This document shows positions 55,505-64,000 of a stretch of DNA of 64,000 nt, in pieces. Made by a program: the position numbers and the translations under genes. The notes under the pieces were generated by a model. It saw only the letters and a program-made list of their open reading frames with translations. It did no database searches and was not told the DNA's origin. The stretch's first letter is position 1, and each line of letters begins with the position of its first letter. The stretch is from assembly GCA_023920165.1 (NCBI GenBank), contig CP089278.1, positions 558,001 to 622,000 of the forward strand, read 5' to 3'. This stretch comes from Curvularia clavata. Taxonomy: Eukaryota.

Positions 55505-56554
55505 CGACAGCACCGCGCCGTATCGAAACATCTGTACTTGTATTGGTCTCATGTCTATAAGCGTTATCAGGTGGTACTCGGTTGAAAAGATGATTGCGAC
55601 TCAGAGTTGCTTTGCACTTCGTGTCAATAACATCGCATTTATCTTACTTTTTTTACTTGTTTCTTAAGCTATTGAACAGATTACGAAGGAATTACTAATA
55701 ATTCGACTAAGCTCTACAATCTTGTCGTGGATGCCTAGGCATGCAAAGTAAGCAAGTTTAGAGTATTTAGGTAACTTTATTAAGACCCTAGGCCTCGCGG
55801 TTAGCTTGTCAACAGGGTAGGTAGGTTTGGAAACAATCCATCTTCTGGGCGTATTTGTATTTGCCTCATATATACAAGCATGAAGAAGTGCATTGTCTCT
55901 ACACAACCCTGATAAAAACGTATCTTCAATGCGTAGAGGTAGCACTATCCCGACAATGTGTAGAAGATATTCTTTATCATTTGACTACTACAAAATGGTC
56001 GGACTATACTAGCGACTTTGACTATAGCTACGTCAGACAATTTCAATGCGGTAGTTTTATCCAGCTAGTAGCGTACAAAGTAAATGAAACATCCCACGAT
56101 ACACCCTGCTGCAGCTTACCTCTGGACGGAGAGGGGCGGAAATGGCTACTCAAAATGAGCCGAGCGCCCCGCGAAGCCTCGGTGGCTGCCCCCACTGCAA
56201 GTGCGCAAACCAGGGTCTTGTTACCCCTATCGGGACGAAGTTCGGTGAGCGACAGTGAGTTGGCCAGCCAATCGGGGGGACGAAATTTGTCGTCTTGTCC
56301 CATCCCCTTCCCGGCGCGCAGGCTAAAGCCGCTACGACAAATCCGCGGTGAGCGGACTATTCTTCTTGTTTGTGTCCACCGTATCTTTTCTCCAGCACAA
56401 GTCTCCTCGGCTTCTCTGCCATCACCACCTCTTTTCTGTGCCCACATATCACGTCGTTGCCGCCGGCTACGCACTAGGCTTTTAGAAATCTCTACCTCCC
56501 TCCAGCCGTCGCACTCGCTTCTTCCCTCCTCGCTCATACACCTACCCATCAAAA

Positions 56555-57416
56555 ATGGCCGACAAGGAATTCACCTACTCCGACGTCTCGGAACACAACA
56601 CCAAGAAGGATCTGTACATTGTTGTACACGATAAGGTCTACAATGCGTCGAGCTTCGTAGACGAGCACCCGTAGGTCGTCGCTTTTCTTGAATGCGTTTG
56701 GCACATCGTGGCCGTTGGCTTCTCGGTGGTCGTTATCGCAGGAGACGACTCCCCCACCTTGGACCTCGGCCGGCGATTTGACACACATGGACAACGAACA
56801 ATTTATTGACAACAAACCTACAGAGGTGGTGAAGAAGTCCTCCTCGACGTCGGAGGCCAGGACTCGACAGAAGCATTCGAGGATGTCGGCCACTCGGACG
56901 AAGCCCGGGAGATTCTCGAGGGACTGCTCGTTGGAAAGCTAAAGCGCCAGGTATGCTATATTTTTTTCCCTCTTTTCTTCCACTTCCCTCCAATTACTCT
57001 GTGCATTTTGTGCACTGCAATTGGTACGCGCACACTTCCGCCCAACAAAGCGGTTACTTCGTAGGCGCACATGTTTGCTCGGCTTTGTTTCCGGCAAACC
57101 TGTCCTTCGCCTTTCCCGCGGGGAAGCCCCGCCCAACATCGGACATAAGTCGGAACAATTCCGACCACATTACATCCGGGACATGTTCACGGCAAACCAC
57201 TCCAAGAGGAGAAAAATAAATAAAGGATATCTTGGCTAACGGATACAATTATGATAGGAGGGTGACCCAAAGCCCAAGTCTTACGCACAGCCCGGCTCCA
57301 CTGCTACCACCACCGACGGTGCCTCGACTGGTGTCGGTCTTTACGCTATTATTCTGCTCGGAGGTGCTCTGGCGTTTGCGGCCTACACTTTTATGAACAA
57401 GCAGTCGTCTGAGTAA
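56555..57416 (+). CDS. CYB5: Cytochrome b5 (tail-anchored); 3 exons (56555-56670, 56824-56950, 57258-57416). Not recovered by the ORF track.
   Basis: The spliced product [15 protein letters not shown]...KVYN...EHPGGEEVLL...[10 protein letters not shown] has both heme ligands (HPGG, GHS) and a C-terminal TM helix, [20 protein letters not shown]. Confidence 0.95.
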
Positions 57417-57940
57417 GGCGGTGCATGTAGACGGAGAGTAAGCACGTGTAGACGTTTGGTCTGCGGCACTATACCAAGATGTGCCAAGGTGCAATGCGAA
57501 GGAGATACAAGAAGGCGCGGTGCAGGCAAAAGCACCACGTTTAGAGCGAGGTGAGGGGGGTTTGACCAGCTTGACTGCGACGTTTGGGCAAACGAATGTT
57601 GCAGGAGCCGGTGGAAGAAGGAGAGTGTGGTTTTTATTTCTTTTCTCCGCCTTCAATACTTGGGTCGTTAGTCTGAGAGAGAGGGGAAAAGATTTTAGAC
57701 TAAATAACGGACAGACTTTTATTCAACTTTTGGAACATGCCTTTCTCCCAGAAAACTCCTGTTGGTTGGACTCGTTTGGGCGATTGAGTAACTTGTGAGG
57801 CTTTTGCGCGCTTATGCTTCAATCTTGCACATTTGAATCAGAAGCACATGTTAGGTTTATATGCGGAAAAGGGTATCTCATTTTTCTCCTCGCAATCTCT
57901 TCGTCTATAGTCTAACAACACACGCATGCTTTTCGTTCTT

Positions 57941-60185
57941 TTACATATTCCTAAACACATTACCACTGGCATTCCTCCTCTGCCCATCTCTCCTGCGATC
58001 ATGACGCTGCTGCTCGTCATCACTATGACCATTACCCTGCCGCTTCTTCTGCTTGCGCTCAGGCGCAAATGTGATTTCGCGCTCGCCAACGACAGTCGTT
58101 GTACCGGATGACGACGAAGGCTTCTTCGAGTCTTTAAGTTTCGAGACGCGAGAGCCAAAAGTCTTGTCTTTTGCGGATGACGAGGAACGCTGGTTATTGT
58201 GTGCAGAAGATGACACGACCATTTCTGGTCCGCGCTGCGAGCGGTGGCCCGCTTTTCTGTACGAGCTGGATGAGATGCGGGATTTGTCTTCTGTACTCTG
58301 TTGCTGTTGTGACTTTCTCGGAGCGCGGACTTGATCTGCATCCGAGTCGTCGCCGCTCGAGTCTTCGTCCGAAGAGCCCTTTCTGGATTCCAATTCTTCT
58401 TGCTCGGCAGCAGTGAGGCCCTTGGGGATCTTGGTACTGGGGTTGAGTTGCTGGAACTCGCGCGTCTGTTCGTCGATTTCGAATTCGGGGTCTTCGAACA
58501 GCTTGGCGAAACGTGGGTCGTTGAGGACGCCGGCGGCGGGTTTGACGGCGTCGTCTTCGGCAGCGGGTGCGGCCTGTACCATGTCGTCGTCACCGCCGTT
58601 CTTGAGCACACGCTTGGCGCGTCTGCGTTCCTGCTCTTCCTGCTTCTCCAGCATCCGCTCGGCGAGCTTGCGGTTGACCTTGACGGCCACCTTCTTGCTG
58701 CCGCGGATTCTGCTCTCGCGCTCCTTGTTGATCTTTTCGGCGATGCTCTTGGCGCGCTGTTCTTGCCAGAGGTCTGGGTTGGAAATGAGTCGTGCTTCTT
58801 CGTACAGCTTCTGGGCAACGAAGAAACCGTGCATGTACGGGCGGAGGAGACTGGTGGTTCCAACCAGGTGGTCGAGAGAGAGCTGCTTCAGCTGATCCAT
58901 GGTCAAGAACTTGAAATTGTCGTAGACATCGCCCACTGCGCCCTTGCCAAAAGCATTGGGGTCGTTTGGATCCTCGGCCATTTCTTCTACAATATTGTCG
59001 AGGAAGTGACACCATCTTGGGGCGGGGCCCAGCTGAGGAATGAAGAAGGAATGTTGCTGTCTTCCCTCGTTTGCAGTCAGAAGCATGCCCGTCTTTGGTA
59101 CCCACTCGACGTGGTTCAAGTCGACCGATGGCTGGACAGAAGTCCACGGAGTGCCGTCCTTGGCATCCCAAATCTTGATGACCCGCTTGTCTGCAGTGAG
59201 GATCTTTGGCTCGGATGTCTGGGCGCCGTCTAGGTAGATAATGTTCTTAATAGCAAAACCGTATCCTTGGTCCTTTCTCAGCAGCGGCTTGGGTGATCGC
59301 AGGTCGTAGAGATGTGTTATGCCATTTGAGTCTCCAACAGCCATTTCCAGGCCATTTGGTGAAAAGGCGAGGGCAGTGGTCTCGGACCGGCCCTCGAAAG
59401 AATCTTTCGGCGAGGACAGTATGCCCACTCGGGTCCGCGTGCGTGAATCAAAGTACTCGACTGTGCCCAATGATGTGCCCAGTGCTAGCAGGCCGTGTGT
59501 TTGCTCTGCGATAGCGCCTGTGTTGACCGCACCAGCGTCGATACCACCCTGCAGTCCACCTCCGACCATGTCGTCGTTTCCACCCACGTCGACCTCGTAA
59601 CTGCGCATAAAACGGCCGACCTCGAGGTTCAATCTGAAGCATTCGCCCATGCCCTCGGCGTTGACACCGACCGAGGGCACCAGGCATTCGGCCGAGCGGC
59701 GGTCGTATATGAGGTCGCGGCCATAGCGAGGTATGCGACTGGCATAGTGGAGGCCGCCGCCAGTGTGGAACTCGATGCATCGATCTTGCTGAAGGTGGAC
59801 GCTCTTGGTCGCATCAGACGAAAGGAGGTGAAAGGTTTGGTTCTGGAAGAGTATTAGCATGTGGGCAAGGCCAAAGGTCAGCATGCGGGGTGCGTACAAG
59901 TGTATTTGTATGGCGGGCAAAGGACAAGGACAGATGGGGAAGGTAGTGGACGTGAATCTGAGGCTTGTAGGTGCCGGTGCTCATGACCCAGTCGCCATCC
60001 TCGCTGACGCGCACACACTGGCTGGCCTCCTCAAACTCAAAGTCTTGTAGCAGATCGACGCGATTGGCAAATTCGGGGTCGTTCTTCAGACTGCGCTTGC
60101 GCTTGCGGATCAGCCATTCGGGAAGGGGACGGGCCTCGCTGCCGCTGATGGTATAGACGGGGACGTTGCCGGTAGAGATCTTCAT
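57941..60185 (-). CDS. ENP2: Ribosome biogenesis WD40 protein Enp2/NOL10; 2 exons (60185-59898, 59842-57941)
   Basis: VYTISG...LPEWL, DLLQDFEFEEAS, TGTYKPQIHV, LGPAPRWCHFLDN, VYDNFKF and NUC153-like DPRFAKLFEDPEF. Intron 59897-59843. Confidence 0.94.
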
Positions 60186-60821
60186 GGCGGGCGTGGACTG
60201 AGGAGCGACGGCTGCGGCGCCTTGGGGAGAAGAATGAGGTCGCAGCAAAGACCAAGAGAGCGAAGAAGCTGGAGGGCGAAAAAAGAGCGGGTCCAGCTAG
60301 GGCGACCAGGGCGGCGGGCTGAGCTAAGATGGGATGACCCGCAGCGAACGACAGAGGCCAGGGCTTCGCGTCCTCGCACTGCCTGCCACCATCTCGCTCC
60401 CAGGCCAACGCGCCGCTTGCCGAGCCGCCTCTGCCCATCACCAACTCGTCTGGCCCGCATCGCTGCCCTGCGCGTCGACCCAAGCCCTCTCCGCAGTCTG
60501 CAGCGCCCTCGCCCTCGCCGGCCTGTCCCAGCTGCTGCCGCACATCGCCGTCGGGGCCGGACAGCAGCAGCGGCCGCCATGCTCCATCAACCACAGCTGC
60601 TCTACAACAAACACCCTGTCCAGACCATGCCCGCTCGGTAGCCCATTCCCTCCCATCGTCTCCGCACACGCCTTCTCCCTTGCTGTAATCGTTGCAGTCG
60701 CGCGCGACGCGTCGAGCGGCCCGCAGCGCAGTTGATGGAAAAGGTGTACAGCGCCGTCCTCGGAGTGAACATACGTCGCGAATACCACCTGAATGTTCCG
60801 TAGAGGGCAGCCGTCTCTCTA

Positions 60822-63800
60822 ATGGAATTTCTCAAGACCTGTACTACCAATGCGCAAGCTATAGGAGACTTCGAAGCCATTGCATACCAAGCCTTCTCCG
60901 TCTCGCCCGTCACCTCCACACCTCCATCCTCCAAGCCATCCCAGTCCTCGAGCTCCGCCGAAGACATACGCACCGTCGAGGCGGAATTGCGCCATGGACT
61001 CCACCTGGTTGTCCATGACACCTCTCGCCCGTGGTTGTGGCTGTTCAAGCCCACCACAGTAGACAAGATAGGCCAGACTGCCCTCGAGCTCCCACAAGTC
61101 GACGGCTATCGCTTGCAGCGTGCGTTACCGCTCTCTCTTTCTTACCCATATTAGGTTGCCCGACTAACGCATTCCAGGCGAACTCACGGGCGTTATCAAG
61201 GCTATCGATCTGGTCCGCCCGCCTATGCGCCCAGGCACTCCGCATACACCCACTCCCTCGCACCATCCCCCGTCAGCAACTGCACCCCAAAGAGGTCAGC
61301 AGGCTGGTAACAATCCAAGGTCCGCGCAGGGAAACACACAGCAGCAGACGTCTAGTGACCCACCCCCACCTCCCGACTGCTTCGCCTTGTACGAACTGTT
61401 TACGTCGTCTGTCGTTGCATTGATCTCGTTCCATGTCGTCAAAGACCGTCAAGCAGTTGCTTTGAACTATCGCACTTTTGTGTCCAAGGCTGCGAAACAG
61501 ACACCTGGCGCCCAGTCTGAGGTTGACCCCCAACCAGAGTTGTATGGCCTCACCAGCATAAACGTTCACTGGACGAGCTCGGGGACGCTCTTGCTATCGG
61601 CTTTTGCTGACCGAAGAAACGTCATTCGTTGTTTAAGCGGCGTCTCGACGCTCTCCGAAGAGAGACAGCTCATTGGCACATGTATTCGGGTAGCCCCCAG
61701 TGGTTTGCTTGCTACCATTACCAGTTTCGAAGACCCTTTGGATGCAATCACCGAGGAAATTACCGTGCGCCACAGAAAACGTACAAAATTGACATCTCTG
61801 GAGCAGAGCATTGAAAAATGGAAGTCTAGCGTCAAGCGGTGGCTGGGCTGGAAAGGCTACTCCTTACCTGACTTGGACCAGAGAACCTCGTGGGTCAGAA
61901 TTCGCACCACACTGGTATCGAGCCCCAATCTTGCAAGTCCGGCTTCTGTGAGCTTGGAAAGGGATATTCTGTGGCCACGAGCGCTTTGCTTCTTCCACGT
62001 TGTTGACAAACTGGACTCAACCATCGCGGGAACTAATTCAATTGCTGCGCCTGGGAACTCCAACGTATTAGCATGGTTCGAGACACCAGAATCCATGGGC
62101 TTCAAAGACCCATTTGACACTGCGCAAGAGTGGTTTCTGGGAAAGCCGGATCGCGATAAAATTCTTGAGGCGCGAAGAAAAGCAAAGAAAGCTGAAGAGG
62201 ATGCTGCCCGTCGGAAAGAGGAACATCCAAGCCTGCATCCATCTTCGCCGCTCAACGCTCGTGGTGCCTATGGTGATCTGCAAGCAGTCAGTGGTGTATA
62301 CCCTACACCTCCGGATGGGGTTGCTCCTGGTACTGGGGTTTCTTACAGCGATACGCCTCATACATCCGGCCCACCTTCAAATGTCATCTTGGCCCCTGGA
62401 GGGAATAATCCCGCAATCAACCTTTCTGCTCCGTCAGACAACATCAAGACAGAAGATCATCAAATGACCTCTACATCTCCAGCTGGTCCTTCTGCACCCG
62501 ACAACTTCAACACATCTACCGGTAACGATGACCTTTTTGAGGATATGGAGGAGGATGGCTTCGGTGGTGAACGTATTGAGGAAACAGATTTCGACTTCTT
62601 CGATGGCCCAGACAATGACGTTGACATGCTAGATGCGCCTGCTCTACCCGACCATAATGCACCGCCTACCCATGCCACGCAACGCCCGGACCCCAAACCG
62701 GCTGCTGAAACCCACGCCCAGGATGACATGTCTGACCCTTTCGCAGCCCTTGAGAATGCTCTTGCTACAGCTTCCGAACCTACGGTGGATCAAGACCATG
62801 TCAAGGGTAAAGAACCTGCGCATGTGGAAGCACCTGATGTTGAGGCACCCGAAGCTTCCGCGAACAAGTCATCGCCGATGCGCAGGAATGTGTCGTTCTC
62901 CAGAGCACCTACGCCACCTCTTAGTCCGAGCAAAATCCTCAAAGCGCTCGAACCATCTCCACCTCGCAAAACGGCATCACGTACTCGATCAGAGGGGAAC
63001 CTCGACAGCTACCATGATGCTCATTTCAATCCAATCACGTTCAATCGCAAAATGAGCCTCTCTGATGCAAAGTATCAGGACGGCCGCTTTAGTGCCCATC
63101 ATTCTACGGCTCAGGTCGGCCAAAAGGATTCGGCTCCTAGTCTAGGCATTAACCCTACGCCATCGAAGAGCTTGAGAGAATTCCCTCTGTTGTCCAAGCT
63201 CCGCTTAGCTGCAGGGATTGCATCTGCAAACCGAATACCAGAAATAGCGTCTCTGGCTCGAGCCGCTAGTGACGACTCGGACTCTTACAGCGAGGCGTCT
63301 GATGCGTCAGACGACGAATCTGAAGATGAAGAGGTGGAAGTGACACCTGCAGCCATCATGAGCACCCTCACTATGCCTGTCAAAAGGAAGTTGCAGAGTG
63401 AGGGCAATGCAACTCCTCTATCTGTGACTTCGTTCGCTGACTCATTAGGAGGCGACTGGCTGGAGTTATATGGCTTACACCTAGACGAAACATATCTCAA
63501 CAGTTTTGAGCCAAGTTTATGGGATTGGTCTTTGGTTAATGTTCCCTCTCCAGCCGAACGCCCTGTGGCTGGAGCGCGATACAATTTGCCCGCCTTGCTA
63601 CCCAGTCCTGCGCAGATGCCCGACACCCCTACTTCTCAGCCTGATCCTGCATACGAGGCACCAGACGAGAAGCCTCCGAGTGGAAAAGACAGCATCTCCA
63701 TCACGCAGATCGTAACTGACCAGCTTGTTTCCACGACACTCGATATGCTCGGCGAGGATCCGCCCAACAAAAGCGAATTCAATAAGGATGTTGTGGTGGA

Positions 63801-64000
63801 AACGCCTTGGCAAAACACCATCAAGACTATCTTCCCAGCGGCTGCAGATTGTGATCTGCCTACGTTGGTTAGTGTTAACGAAGTGTTCCAGGATTATGCC
63901 GCTCTAGCCAAAGCACAGCAGAGACCTCCTGCACGAAAGAATGACGGCCCAGCAGTCACGGGTAGTCATATGTATCAGATTCAGGCGCCGTTTTTGAGAG
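60822..64000 (+). CDS. SSN2: Mediator kinase-module subunit Med13/Ssn2, partial (runs off the right edge); exons 60822-61119 and 61178->64000
   Basis: N-terminus MEFLKTCTTN, intron 61120-61177 (GTGCGT...CTAAC...CAG), then a long open frame containing ILWPRALCF, GVYPTPPDG and IEETDFDFFD, which are typical of fungal Med13. Confidence 0.85.

Noticed and set aside
55855..56634. 259-aa + strand ORF overlapping the cytochrome b5 start
   Set aside because: It starts at a non-ATG codon, has no recognisable motif and runs out of frame into the real CYB5 exon 1.

Overview
Gene-dense nuclear DNA from a filamentous ascomycete. Short GT-AG introns of about 47-60 nt with CTAAC/CTGAC branch sites show this; Dothideomycete/Pleosporales affinity is only my impression. 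I can support about 22 protein-coding genes, with splice sites read by hand: a DUF2235 hydrolase, an Old Yellow Enzyme, a KCH1/PRM6-type K+ transporter, an Asp f 4-like secreted protein, KAR2/BiP, a DUF1769 protein, an unknown secreted glycoprotein, GPI16, LUC7, MAK5, TRM7, STE20, HSE1, two tandem paralogous small secreted Cys proteins, SCP160/vigilin, phytochrome FphA, a flavoprotein/F-box-like/ankyrin-like protein, cytochrome b5, ENP2/NOL10 and the 5' part of MED13, plus a partial CDS at the left edge. I found no tRNA, rRNA, CRISPR array or transposon. Most interesting unexplained signals: (1) a roughly 520-nt, densely base-paired + strand segment between LUC7 and MAK5, with long-range helices, a possible pseudoknot and a terminal Sm-like site, which is a candidate unannotated ncRNA; (2) a catalytically degenerate flavoprotein/F-box-like/repeat protein, ZEITLUPE-like in layout, head-to-head with phytochrome; (3) a tandem pair of effector-like genes; (4) unusually long, structured cytochrome b5 introns. 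All family calls come from recognising motifs, not from database searches.
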